A DNA stretch of 64,000 bases from Anaerolineae bacterium (lineage in GTDB: Bacteria > Chloroflexota > Anaerolineae > Fen-1058). Shown piece after piece: positions 24,242 to 33,656 of the stretch; position 1 is the first letter of the stretch; every line of letters starts with the position of its first letter. The notes under the pieces were generated by a model, which was given only the letters and a program-made list of their open reading frames with translations, was not told the DNA's origin and did no database searches. Location: contig DASSFZ010000212.1 of the NCBI GenBank assembly GCA_035693785.1, positions 4,647 through 68,646 of the forward strand. The letters run 5' to 3'. The position numbers were made by a program, and so were the translations under genes.

Positions 24242-25420
24242 ATGAAAGCCGTCAACCTTATGAGGATTGTCGTGATATCCATGCTCATCGCGGCCTGCGA
24301 GGAAAGCACGGCCGCCCAGCGCGAGATTCAACCCGCCCCAGCAGCGTCACCGGGAATCGCGCCGGATACTGTGTCCGCTTCCGGCAAGGTGATGCCGGAG
24401 CGGTGGGCTGTGCTCAGCTTTCAAGTGAGTGGCGCGGTAAAGGCCGTGCTGGCGCAGCCTGGCGACGTCGTCCACACGGGCGACGTGTTGGTGCGGCTGG
24501 ACGATGTGGATGCGCAGATGGCCCTGGCGCAAGCCGAGGCCGGGCTGGCACTGGCCCAGGCACAATTAGCGCAGCAGACAGCCAGCCCGCGCTCCGAGCA
24601 GATCGCAATCGCCGAGCAGGCGGTTCAATCGGCTGAAGCGGAGCTGCGGGCAGCTTCGGCGCAATTAGCGCAGGCGCAGGCCGGCCCGCCGGCCGCCGAG
24701 ATCGCGGCTGCCCAGGCGGCGCTGGCCGCAGCCGCGCGCGACCTGAAAGTCGCGCAGGACACCTACGACCGGGTCAAAGACATCGGGGGCACGCCGGAGG
24801 AGCAGGCTCGCGCGGCGCTCGAGGCGGCCAGGCAGGCGCATCGTGCCGCTCAGGAACGTGTGAACCAACTGATATCCGGTGCGGCAGAGAACGAGCTGAA
24901 TGCCTTGCGGGCGCAAGTCACCGCTGCGCAGGCCAAGCGCGACGCGGCCAGAGCGCAGGTCGAGCTTCTGCAGGCAGGCTCTTCTGAGGAGGAGTTGTCC
25001 GTTGCGCAGGCCACTGTCGCGCAGGCTCAGGTGGCTGTCGATGCGGCACAGGCGCGTTTGTCCAGGTTGCAGATCGTAGCACCGTTCGACGGCAGCGTCG
25101 GCGCTGTGTCCGTCCGCGCCGGTGAACTTGCAGCGCCGGGTCAGCCGGTAGTGACGTTGGGCGACCTGAACCGTCTACACGTGGAAACTACCGACCTGAA
25201 CGAGATCGACATTGCGCGCGTGCGCGAAGGGCAAACGGCTCTCGTTACCTTCGATGCGCTGCCGGGGATGGCGCTCACGGGCACTGTCACGCGCATCAGC
25301 CCGATGTCCACGCCCGGGCAGGGCACTGCCAACTTCACCGTATGGATCGAGCTGGCCGCAACCGATCCGGCGCTGCGCTGGGGTATGACGGCATTTGTCG
25401 AAATCAGCACCGAGCCATAG
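24242..25420 (+). CDS. HlyD/MacA-family periplasmic adaptor lipoprotein
   Basis: Lipobox MLIAAC. Long Ala/Gln-rich coiled coil. C-terminal beta-barrel segment is RLQIVAPFDGSVGAVSVRAGE ... VTFDALPG. GGAGAA lies 6 nt before the ATG. Confidence 0.85.
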   Translation: MKAVNLMRIVVISMLIAACEESTAAQREIQPAPAASPGIAPDTVSASGKVMPERWAVLSFQVSGAVKAVLAQPGDVVHTGDVLVRLDDVDAQMALAQAEAGLALAQAQLAQQTASPRSEQIAIAEQAVQSAEAELRAASAQLAQAQAGPPAAEIAAAQAALAAAARDLKVAQDTYDRVKDIGGTPEEQARAALEAARQAHRAAQERVNQLISGAAENELNALRAQVTAAQAKRDAARAQVELLQAGSSEEELSVAQATVAQAQVAVDAAQARLSRLQIVAPFDGSVGAVSVRAGELAAPGQPVVTLGDLNRLHVETTDLNEIDIARVREGQTALVTFDALPGMALTGTVTRISPMSTPGQGTANFTVWIELAATDPALRWGMTAFVEISTEP

Positions 25421-25437
25421 GTTGGTTATTACAGCGC

Positions 25438-25965
25438 TTATCTTCCCTTGAAGTCGGGCTTGCGCTTCTCTTTGAACGCTTCGTAAAAAGCGCGATGGTC
25501 TTCGCCCATCATCATCAGCGCCTGCGCCTGGGCTTCCGCCTCCAGTGCGGCGTTGAGGTCCATCGTCCACTCGTTGTTCACCATCAGCTTGGTCATGCCA
25601 GTAGCGTACGTCGGGCCGGCACTCAGCCGCTCAGCAAGGTCGTGCGCCGTGGCCAGCACCTGATCGGCGAGGACCACTCGATTGGCGAGGCCATGGCGTT
25701 CAGCCGTCGGCGCGTCTACGTCGCCGCCCAGCATCAATAGATCCATCGCGCGGCCCTGCCCGACCACGCGCGGAAGCAAGAAGGCTGCACCCCTATCGGC
25801 GCCGGTCAGACCTACCCGCGTGAAGAGGAAAGCGAATCTAGCCGTATCGGCCACGACCCTCAGATCGGCTGCGCGGGCGATGACAGCGCCCGCCCCGGCG
25901 GCCAGCCCATTGACGGCGGCGATGATCGGCTTGGGCAGGAGGCGCATGTTGCGCAGATCGGGCAC
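25438..25965 (-). pseudogene. Enoyl-CoA hydratase/isomerase (crotonase) family, N-terminally truncated fragment
   Basis: Only the C-terminal ~175 aa is present, starting just before KPIIAAVNGLAAGAGAVIA. The first oxyanion-hole region (~90 aa) is absent, and the upstream space is occupied by the IMPase gene. Confidence 0.55.
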
Positions 25966-25989
25966 GCCGGATGTTCCGCCGCTTCCCCG

Positions 25990-26772
25990 CTAAGCATGTT
26001 TATATGTGATCCGCTGTCGCAGGATCTCAACCACTTTGGCCCCTCCAGTGAAAATCGGCTCCGGTACTTTACTGCGTCCCATGAGTTCAGAAAGAACCAC
26101 CGGCCGGCCAGATGCATAAACCAACACCGCCCCTGTGCGCTCCAGAAGCAGGCTGGGCAGCGCCAGGTCCCACAGGTTGATCGCCGGATCGAAAAACAAC
26201 GCGGCGACCGCGCCCTTCGCCACCAGACACAACTGATAAATCGGCGCGCCCAGGCAATAGATTCGACCCGGAAAATCGATCGTGAACGTTCGATGATGAT
26301 TCGTCGGGCCAAAAATGAACGTGTTAGGCTCCAGCGCCGAGGAGAACGTCGGGTGCAGCGGTTCGTCATTGCAGAAAGCCGGGCCGTCTTCGCCGGCCCA
26401 GAACAACTCGTTGGTGACCGGGTTGAAGGCGGCGCCGGCCACTGGCTGATTGCCTTGCATCAAACATACTGCTGGCATCCAGAGCGGCATTTGCGCCACG
26501 AACGCCCGGCTGCCGTCCAGCGCATCCACGACCCAGGCGTGCTCTTCCCCCGGCGCAGGCGGCCGCGACTCTTCGGTTTCTTCGCCTATATAGCCGTACT
26601 GCGGCGCAAGCGCGGTGAGCGACAACCGAAGGAAGTTTTCGACGGCTGCATCGGCCTCGCTGACAACACTCAAATCGGCCTTCACCGACTTGGACACTTT
26701 TCCATAGTAGAGCAAGGCCAGTCGTCCCGCCTCGACGACGATCTGCTTGACGTCGGCTATCTGGATAGACAT
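25990..26772 (-). CDS. Inositol monophosphatase family protein
   Basis: GEETEE and WVVDALDGSRAF metal-binding motifs. Confidence 0.82.
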   Translation of the reverse strand: MSIQIADVKQIVVEAGRLALLYYGKVSKSVKADLSVVSEADAAVENFLRLSLTALAPQYGYIGEETEESRPPAPGEEHAWVVDALDGSRAFVAQMPLWMPAVCLMQGNQPVAGAAFNPVTNELFWAGEDGPAFCNDEPLHPTFSSALEPNTFIFGPTNHHRTFTIDFPGRIYCLGAPIYQLCLVAKGAVAALFFDPAINLWDLALPSLLLERTGAVLVYASGRPVVLSELMGRSKVPEPIFTGGAKVVEILRQRITYKHA

Positions 26773-26820
26773 ATCGCCTCCCCGGTCAAGATCGAATCAC
26801 TTGTCCACGTCCACGCCCGT

Positions 26821-27921
26821 TCAGGATGGCGGTTCGCCGAGCGCGGGATCCCTCGAAGCAGGCTTCCCTTCCACCATTGCGAGTTGCCCCTGGGCCATCG
26901 CGGCGGGCAACCGTCGCCGAATCGTGAAAAGCTCAAGCCCGAAGCGGCGGTGCAGGACGCCCCATAAGCCGTCCGGCGCGACAAGCACGATGATGACGGC
27001 GGTGCCTCCAAGAAGAATGATTGACCACGGCCCCAAACTGGACAGGTAATGCCGGAGGACGAAAAAGACGACCGCGCCGACGATCGGGCCTTCGACCGTT
27101 CCCAGCCCGCCGATGACGACCATGAACGCCATGAAGGCCGACCATTGGATGCTGAAAGATGCCTGAGGCGTAATCCGGAGCGCGTTCAAGTAAATCAGCC
27201 CGCCGACAACACCGGTGCCAAAGGCGCCGATCACGAAGACCAGCAACTTGATGCGCGTGATCTTCACGCCGACACTCATGGCCGCGCTCTCGGAATCTCG
27301 AATGGCGGTGAGGCCCAACCCCACACGGGAACGCATGAGATAATAGACGAGTGCGATTGCCCCGGCCCCAATGACGATGGCCAGCCAATACGTGTACTGC
27401 TCGCGCAGGGGGCGCGCCATCAACCCCGCCGCCGCAAGAGAGCGGCCAAGTCCCCCTTTCAGCCATTCGGTGGAACTGGCGACTAGCAGCCGAAAGACCT
27501 CGGCGATCACCCAGGTTCCGACCGCGAAATACCCACCCCGCAGGCGAAAGGCGAGCGCGGCAGTCGGCAGCGCGACGAGCGCCGCCACCACGCCCCCCAC
27601 GATCACCGCCAGAAACATATTCACGTGCAGGTCGTCCGCCAGGACGATCAGCGTATACCCGCCCAGCCCGATCCAGGCTTGCTGGCCAAACGACACCATC
27701 CCGCCGTAACCCGCCAGCAGATTCCACATCTGCGCCAGCGCCAGGAAGGTGATGAACTCGACGAGGGTGCGCATCTGGTCCGGCGTGCCCCACCACGGCA
27801 AGGAGAACAGGGCCGTCAGCAGAAGGACGCTGCCGAGGGCAAGCCCACGCGGGGATATGGGGCGCGCTTTGGGGTGGTCGGTCGCTGGGGATGACTCCGG
27901 GGTTGGCGTCGGCGCTCCCAT
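26821..27921 (-). CDS. livM: Branched-chain amino acid (HAAT family) ABC transporter permease
   Basis: LALAQMWNLLAGYGGMVSFGQQAWIGLGGY is a LivM-type motif. Multiple TM segments. Confidence 0.85.
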   Translation of the reverse strand: MGAPTPTPESSPATDHPKARPISPRGLALGSVLLLTALFSLPWWGTPDQMRTLVEFITFLALAQMWNLLAGYGGMVSFGQQAWIGLGGYTLIVLADDLHVNMFLAVIVGGVVAALVALPTAALAFRLRGGYFAVGTWVIAEVFRLLVASSTEWLKGGLGRSLAAAGLMARPLREQYTYWLAIVIGAGAIALVYYLMRSRVGLGLTAIRDSESAAMSVGVKITRIKLLVFVIGAFGTGVVGGLIYLNALRITPQASFSIQWSAFMAFMVVIGGLGTVEGPIVGAVVFFVLRHYLSSLGPWSIILLGGTAVIIVLVAPDGLWGVLHRRFGLELFTIRRRLPAAMAQGQLAMVEGKPASRDPALGEPPS

Positions 27922-27924
27922 GGC

Positions 27925-28797
27925 TCACTCGGTATCCCGTGTACGCGCGAACAGGCCGGTGGGTCTGAACGCCAACAACGCCAGTGTGATCAAATGCCCG
28001 GCCAGTTGAAACCAGGCCGGACTTAGCTGCGCGCCAATGTTCTGGGCCACCCCCAGGATAATGCCTCCGGCGAGTGTTCCCCACAGGCTGCCCAGCCCGC
28101 CGATGATGACCGTCTCAAAAGCGAAGATCAACCGGGCCGGCCCATCCGTCGGTGCAAACGTCGTGCGGATTCCCAAGAGCACGCCGCCCACCGCCCCGAT
28201 GGCGAGCGACAGGCCCATCGCCCAGCCATAAACCTGGCGGCTGTTGATTCCGACCAACTCTGCCGTGGTGGGATCATCTGACGTGGCCCGGAACGCTCTG
28301 CCCAGCTTCGTGCGTGTAAGGAACAGGTGCAACCCTGCAAGAACGACGAGTGCCGTGGCGAACACAATCAACGGCAGAACACCCAGCGTCACACCCTTCA
28401 CCACCTCGATACTCGCGGCCTCAACGGGGCCGGCGTCCAGCCCCTGCGTATCTGCCGAGAAGCCTAGCTGAAGCACATTCTGGGTAATCACCGAAAGTCC
28501 GAACGTGATGATGAGCGGCGGCAGTACGCCTTTTCCGAGAGTCGCGTTGAGCAAGCCGCGCTGCAACAAGACGCCGATGATAAAGAGTGCCGGCGCGGCC
28601 AGCAGCAAACTCAGCCAGGGAGACAAGCCCAGGAATTGCCCGGCGAGCAGCGCCAGATATGCCGCTGCCACGATCATGTCGCCGTGCGCCAGGTTCACCA
28701 GCCGCATCACCCCGAAGATGAGAGACAACCCCGTCCCGTAGAGCGCATACAGTCCTCCCAGCAAGACTCCTTGTGCAACGATGTTCACCCACTGCAT
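27925..28797 (-). CDS. livH: Branched-chain amino acid (HAAT family) ABC transporter permease
   Basis: GVLLGGLYALYGTGLSLIFGVMRLVNLAHGD is a LivH-type N-terminus. Confidence 0.87.
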   Translation of the reverse strand: MQWVNIVAQGVLLGGLYALYGTGLSLIFGVMRLVNLAHGDMIVAAAYLALLAGQFLGLSPWLSLLLAAPALFIIGVLLQRGLLNATLGKGVLPPLIITFGLSVITQNVLQLGFSADTQGLDAGPVEAASIEVVKGVTLGVLPLIVFATALVVLAGLHLFLTRTKLGRAFRATSDDPTTAELVGINSRQVYGWAMGLSLAIGAVGGVLLGIRTTFAPTDGPARLIFAFETVIIGGLGSLWGTLAGGIILGVAQNIGAQLSPAWFQLAGHLITLALLAFRPTGLFARTRDTE

Positions 28798-28799
28798 CG

Positions 28800-29504
28800 T
28801 CAGACTCCGAAGTAAGCCTGAGAGACCTGAGCCAGGCTCAACTCTGCTGGGCGGCCTGCCAGGCTGACCTTACCCTCCAGCAGGCAATAAACTCGGTCGG
28901 CGGCTTTGAGGCCGCGGCTCACGTCCTGCTCGACCAGAATGACGGTCGCGCCCGCTTCGGCCACCGCGCGTACGACTTTATACAACTCTCGAACGATCAC
29001 GGGTGCCAGCCCGAGCGAAATCTCGTCCATCAAGATCAGGTCGGGGTTGCTCATCAGGGCCCGACCGATCGCCAGCATTTGTTGCTCGCCGCCCGAAAGT
29101 TCCGTCCCGGGGGCACGCGCCCGGTCGCGCAGGATGGGAAACAAGTCATAGATGGCATCTCGTTGCCAGGGGCCGCGCCGGCCGGAATACGCGCCGGCTT
29201 CCAGATTCTCTTCCACTGTCAGGCTGGGAAATATTCTCCGGCCCTCCGGCACCAGCGAAATGCCGCGCCGGCAAAGCCGATATGACGGAGAGCCGGAAAC
29301 CACCTCGCCTCGATAGATCACCCGCCCCCGGCGCGGGGTCAGCACGCCGGCGATCGTGTTGAGCAGAGTCGTCTTCCCGGCCCCATTCGCGCCGATGATG
29401 GCGATGGTTTCTCCGGCGGTTACCTCCAGACTCACCCCGAACAGCGCCTGAAACTCGCCGTAAAAGACTTCGAGGTTCTCGACACGCAAGCCACGCTCAG
29501 TCAT
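28800..29504 (-). CDS. livF: HAAT family ABC transporter ATP-binding protein
   Basis: IIGANGAGKTTLLNTIAG, LSGGEQQMLAIGRAL, LILMDEISLGLAP. Start moved from 29609 to ATG 29504; the upstream extension is Arg-rich and covers a repeat region. Confidence 0.88.
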   Translation of the reverse strand: MTERGLRVENLEVFYGEFQALFGVSLEVTAGETIAIIGANGAGKTTLLNTIAGVLTPRRGRVIYRGEVVSGSPSYRLCRRGISLVPEGRRIFPSLTVEENLEAGAYSGRRGPWQRDAIYDLFPILRDRARAPGTELSGGEQQMLAIGRALMSNPDLILMDEISLGLAPVIVRELYKVVRAVAEAGATVILVEQDVSRGLKAADRVYCLLEGKVSLAGRPAELSLAQVSQAYFGV

Positions 29505-29510
29505 CCACAG

Positions 29511-29678
29511 CTCCGTGCAATCCGCCTGCCCTCGCCTGCTGCCTGCCCTCGCCCGCTGTCTGCGGGGGTGTGCGGGGGTGCGAATCCGTGTCGTGCGACG
29601 ACCATCCATCGCCGCCGGGGTAGATCGTGCTGATCACGCGCCTCCTCTCCGTGCAATCCGTGCGAATCCGTGTTGTGC
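29511..29678. repeat. Composite short-repeat region in the livG-livF spacer
   Basis: CTCCGTGCAATCCG at 29511-29524 and 29647-29660. GCCTGCCCTCGCC at 29524-29536 and 29541-29553. Tandem TGCGGGGGTG x2 at 29561-29580. TGCGAATCCGTGT(C/T)GTGC at 29579-29596 and 29661-29678. Confidence 0.7.
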
Positions 29679-30415
29679 TAATCCACCCCGAGGTAAATTT
29701 CCTGAAACTCGCGGCTGGCGATCACGTCTTGCGGCAGGCCCTCCACGAGCTTAACGCCGAAATTGATGGCGAGAATGCGATCGACTGCCGAGACGAGGGC
29801 GTGCACGATGTGCTCGATCCAGATGATCGTGATGCGCCGGGAGCGGATTTCGGCAATCACCCCCAGCAGCGCACGTACCTCAGGCTCCGTCAAACCACCC
29901 GCAATCTCGTCCAGCAACAGCAGCGAGGGCCGCGTGGCGAGCGCCCGGGCCAGTTCGAGGCGTTTGCGCTCCAGCAACCTCAGGTTCCCGGCCAAAACGT
30001 CGGCGCGCTCCAACAGGCCCGTCAGTTGGAGGGCATCCCGACACAACTCGTGCGTGTCATCGTCGCGCCGCTCCGGGCCGCGGCCATACGTCGCCCCGAC
30101 CAGCACGTTCTCGAAAACCGTCATGCCCACAAAGGGGCGCGGAACCTGGTAGGTGCGGCCAATGCCCCGGTGACAGCGAACCGGCGCAGGCTCGTGGGTA
30201 ATGTTCACGCCCTGGAACAAAACCTGGCCTGACTCAACCCGCAGATCGCCTGAGATCAGATTGAGCAGCGTCGTCTTCCCAGCCCCGTTGGGACCGAGGA
30301 TGCCCAGCGCCTCGCCCTCGCCCAGGCCGAAAGAGAGCCGGGCCAAAACCTGCAGACGGCCAAAAGACTTCGACAGCTCGCGGACTTCGAGGAGTGGTGG
30401 GGCTGCCGCCGTCAC
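29678..30415 (-). CDS. livG: HAAT family ABC transporter ATP-binding protein
   Basis: ILGPNGAGKTTLLNLISG, LLLLDEIAGGLT, and a LivG-type C-terminus. Confidence 0.88.
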   Translation of the reverse strand: MTAAAPPLLEVRELSKSFGRLQVLARLSFGLGEGEALGILGPNGAGKTTLLNLISGDLRVESGQVLFQGVNITHEPAPVRCHRGIGRTYQVPRPFVGMTVFENVLVGATYGRGPERRDDDTHELCRDALQLTGLLERADVLAGNLRLLERKRLELARALATRPSLLLLDEIAGGLTEPEVRALLGVIAEIRSRRITIIWIEHIVHALVSAVDRILAINFGVKLVEGLPQDVIASREFQEIYLGVD

Positions 30416-30512
30416 TCTAACTCTATCTCCTCACTCTAACTCATCACTACAAAGGCAGACCTTCGGAGCCGACCGAACCCCGAAGGTCTTGTCCGCACGT
30501 TGGCCCTGGACT

Positions 30513-31874
30513 TCACGAACCCGGCATGGGCCGCGCCTGACCGCCCACCGGGATATCCGGATAGTCGCTGTGGACGATCGTCAACTCAAATGGGAAGTCA
30601 CTACCCGTGCCCCACTGGCCTCCCACCAGCGGCGTCTTCGCGACGTTGGGCACCGGCCCGCTTGCCCACGAGAGATGCCCCACGATCGTGTCCAGGTTGG
30701 TCGCCTTGAGCGCATCGCGGATAGCCGCCTTGTCGTCTACGTTCTGCGTGCGCTTCAGCGTGTCCGCCGCCACTTCGAACAGGGCATGCACAAAGCCAAT
30801 CGGCTGGGTCCATTGCCTGTTCGTATCGTTCTGGTAGGCGTCGGCCAGTTCCCTGGCGCTCGCCCCGGTGAGCGACGACTTGAAGGGGTGACTCGGGCTC
30901 CACCAGATCTCTGTCGTCAGTCCATCGCCCAAACCGCCGCCGATGGCTTCCACCGCCGAAGGGAAGAGCGCCGCCTTGCCGACCGTCATGGCCTTGGGGA
31001 TGAACCCCTGCTGGCTGGCCTGGACCAGGAACGTTCCCAGGTCTGGCGGGAGCATCACCCCGGTCACGATTTGGGCCTGCTGATCCTTGAAGAGGGAGAG
31101 CTCGGCCGAGAAATCGTCTTTCAGGTTTTCGTAGCGGCCCGGATCGACGACCGTGTAGCCCTGGGGTTCCAGCGCTGGCGGGAAGCCCACCTCCGGGCTG
31201 CTCCACGCCAGACCGTCGCCGTCGTTGGGCCACATCCCGCCGACCACCTTGTTCGTGTCCAGCGAGTTCCAGATGCTGAGGAAGACTCCGATGATGTCTT
31301 CCAGGCCCCAGAAGTAGTGGTAAGTCCACTTGAACTCGGTCTCGCCAGGCGTTCCACCCCGGCCAATGAACCACGGCTGCCACGGCGCGACCGTGGAGAT
31401 GCAGGGCACACCGTTGACCTCGCATTGATCGCTCACCGGGTTCGTGGTCTCCGGGGTCGAAGACACGACCATGAGGTCAATGCCATCCGTCAAGATGAGG
31501 TCGGCGGCGACCTCTGCCGCGCGGTTGGGATCGGATTGGCTGTCCTTGACGAGGATTTCCACCGGATGCTTCGTCCCGCCTACGGAAATGCCATCGGCGA
31601 AGACCTGCCGTACCCCCGTGAGGATAAAGCTGTCGGCTTCGCCGAAGCCGGCGATGGGGCCGGTCTGCGGGCTGACGTAACCGATCTTGATCGTCCGCCC
31701 CGCCTGGACGGCGGCGGTGGGGCTTGCGGCCGGAGCGGCGCTGGTCGGCGCGGCTCCCGTCGTCGGCGCGGCAGTGGGCGTGGTTGCCGGGCCGCATGCG
31801 CCCAGGGTCAGGCCAGCCGCCGTCATCGCGGACGCCTTCAGAAAATCACGACGTGAGACGTATTTCCTGCCCAT
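30513..31874 (-). CDS. ABC transporter substrate-binding lipoprotein (Liv/periplasmic binding protein type), Tat-type signal
   Basis: MGRKYVSRRDFLKASAMTAAGLTLGAC (twin-arginine plus lipobox). TIKIGYVSPQTGPIAGFGE is typical of Peripla_BP_6-type proteins. Confidence 0.85.
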   Translation of the reverse strand: MGRKYVSRRDFLKASAMTAAGLTLGACGPATTPTAAPTTGAAPTSAAPAASPTAAVQAGRTIKIGYVSPQTGPIAGFGEADSFILTGVRQVFADGISVGGTKHPVEILVKDSQSDPNRAAEVAADLILTDGIDLMVVSSTPETTNPVSDQCEVNGVPCISTVAPWQPWFIGRGGTPGETEFKWTYHYFWGLEDIIGVFLSIWNSLDTNKVVGGMWPNDGDGLAWSSPEVGFPPALEPQGYTVVDPGRYENLKDDFSAELSLFKDQQAQIVTGVMLPPDLGTFLVQASQQGFIPKAMTVGKAALFPSAVEAIGGGLGDGLTTEIWWSPSHPFKSSLTGASARELADAYQNDTNRQWTQPIGFVHALFEVAADTLKRTQNVDDKAAIRDALKATNLDTIVGHLSWASGPVPNVAKTPLVGGQWGTGSDFPFELTIVHSDYPDIPVGGQARPMPGS

Positions 31875-31934
31875 GGTTCTTCTCCTCCTATGGGTAGAGT
31901 AGCAGAACACGAATCCGTTCAGTCGAGCTTCTAT

Positions 31935-33635
31935 TCAGCGCGTTCGATCTGCTCTTTTCACCACCTCCACGACGCCCGAGTTGCCATCCACCTTGACGAC
32001 GTCGCCATTGCGAATGGAATTGGTGGCGTTCCACGTGCCCACGACCGCCGGGATGCCATACTCCCGGGCCGCGATCGCGGCATGGGTCAACATGCCACCG
32101 GTGTCCGTCACCACTCCGCCAATCTTTAGGAAGAGCGGCGTCCAGGCAGTGCTGGTGTAAGGGCAGATCAGAATTTCGCCGGATTGCAGGGTCGGGAATT
32201 CTTCGAAACTCAGAATCACGCGGGCCGGCCCCTCGACGACGCCCGGCGATCCCGGGAAGCCCTCCAATCGTTCCACCACCTCCTTTTCTGCCTTGGGATG
32301 AAGCACCTCGTCAATGATCCCAAAGACTTTGATCGCGATCGGATCGGTCATCGTCGGCGGCACGTTACCCACGGTCAAGGGCGCATCCGCCCGCCGGGCC
32401 ATTTCCCAGCTCTCTTTCCTTTCCTTGATCAGAGGCGGCACGAGCGCCTGATGATGGTAGGTGCCGATTTTTTCATCCCGCGACAGATCGTCCAGGATTT
32501 CAACCAGCTCGCTGAAGGTGAGGAAGAACACGTCGTCCGCGCGTTCGAGCAATCCGAAACGCCGCAGCCGATGCCCGCAGGCCATGAGGGTATTGTGGAG
32601 CGCCGCCGTGGAGCCTTGATCGATATAGAAGCCGTGATCTTCCTGGTAGGCGTAGACCTCCTGGGCCACAGGGAGCAGCCGCTTAAAAACCGGCATGTCC
32701 TCGGCGGACACTCGCTGCTCGAAATCCGCAATCGCTTGCGCACGCTGCTGGTTGACCGCGTTGCGCGTCTGGAACAGATCCCAGCCGGTGTCCATCTGCG
32801 GGAAGTAGCTCCGGATCGTCTCCAGAACCGGTCGCGGATCCTCCTTCCAGGTGGGAAACATCACGTCCAGGTGCGCGGCGCTGATCCGGTTGCCGTGAAC
32901 CTGTAGAAAGTCGTCGAAGCGCTGGCACCACTCGCGTGCTTCGGGCTTGTCCCTCAAGATTTCCAGGAGAGACTCGGCAGGTGTGTTCACGAACGTATCG
33001 CGCAGCCCGGTCGCCTGGGCCATCCTGGCCAGGTTCCACAGTTCTTCGTCGGTTTGCGCGGGCATCGAGTTAAACCCCTTCAGCAGTCCAATGAAATCCC
33101 TCTCCGCCAGGCCGTACTTTCCGCAGAAGGCTTCGAATTCCAGGTAGATGGTGTCGGCGGGGTACATCAGAATGAAGTGGATTTCCCAGTGCCGGCGGTT
33201 GAACTCCTCGCTCTTCTTCAGGTAATCCAGCAGATGCGAGGTTGTCAAGCGGTTGCCGTCCACGGCGGCCAGCGAATTCAGGTTGGCGATCACTTCGCTG
33301 ATGTATTTCTGGTAATACTCCCGCCAGTGGTCCTTGCAGTATTCGATCAACTGGCCGAACTCTTGCGCACGCCGGGCGATCTCTGCTTGATCGTCAAGCA
33401 GCGCAAAGCCCAAATAAACCCGGCCCTGATACACCTTGACGTGAGCGCCTTTGGACGGCGGCAACTGTGTCTGCTCTGAAGCGACGTGGTAACCCCAGGC
33501 GTGATGTTTCTGGATGGTCGTCATGCCCATCGGCGAGATGGGATAGGGCTGGTGCAGATCGTCCCGGAACCAGAAGATACTCCGGTCGTAATCCGGTCTG
33601 AGTGTTCTCAGCGCCGTCATGCTTCGATCGATCAT
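31935..33635 (-). CDS. PEP-utilising-enzyme family protein: unknown substrate domain plus C-terminal swivel phosphohistidine domain
   Basis: C-terminal GSPGVVEGPARVI...ILICPYTSTAWTPLFLKIGGVVTDTGGMLTHAAIAAREYGIPAVVG. Start moved to ATG 33635 (GAGGAGG 6 nt upstream). Confidence 0.82.
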   Translation of the reverse strand: MIDRSMTALRTLRPDYDRSIFWFRDDLHQPYPISPMGMTTIQKHHAWGYHVASEQTQLPPSKGAHVKVYQGRVYLGFALLDDQAEIARRAQEFGQLIEYCKDHWREYYQKYISEVIANLNSLAAVDGNRLTTSHLLDYLKKSEEFNRRHWEIHFILMYPADTIYLEFEAFCGKYGLAERDFIGLLKGFNSMPAQTDEELWNLARMAQATGLRDTFVNTPAESLLEILRDKPEAREWCQRFDDFLQVHGNRISAAHLDVMFPTWKEDPRPVLETIRSYFPQMDTGWDLFQTRNAVNQQRAQAIADFEQRVSAEDMPVFKRLLPVAQEVYAYQEDHGFYIDQGSTAALHNTLMACGHRLRRFGLLERADDVFFLTFSELVEILDDLSRDEKIGTYHHQALVPPLIKERKESWEMARRADAPLTVGNVPPTMTDPIAIKVFGIIDEVLHPKAEKEVVERLEGFPGSPGVVEGPARVILSFEEFPTLQSGEILICPYTSTAWTPLFLKIGGVVTDTGGMLTHAAIAAREYGIPAVVGTWNATNSIRNGDVVKVDGNSGVVEVVKRADRTR

Positions 33636-33656
33636 ATGAAGCCTCCTCAAGTTCGC

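Noticed and set aside
23948-24636. ORFs 23948-24331 (-) and 24025-24636 (+) in the divergent spacer.
   Set aside because: They have no SD and odd composition. They overlap each other and the start of the well-supported hlyD-like gene. The region looks regulatory.
25966-26772. The IMPase gene and the crotonase fragment are in the same reading frame, separated by a single TAG. I considered a read-through fusion or a recent nonsense mutation.
   Set aside because: The IMPase C-terminus shows no crotonase-like sequence, so the shared frame appears coincidental. The crotonase N-terminus is simply absent.
29561-29580. Tandem TGCGGGGGTG repeats and neighbouring repeats as a possible CRISPR array.
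   Set aside because: The units are only 10-18 nt and two copies each, with no regular repeat-spacer periodicity and no cas genes. This is not a CRISPR array.
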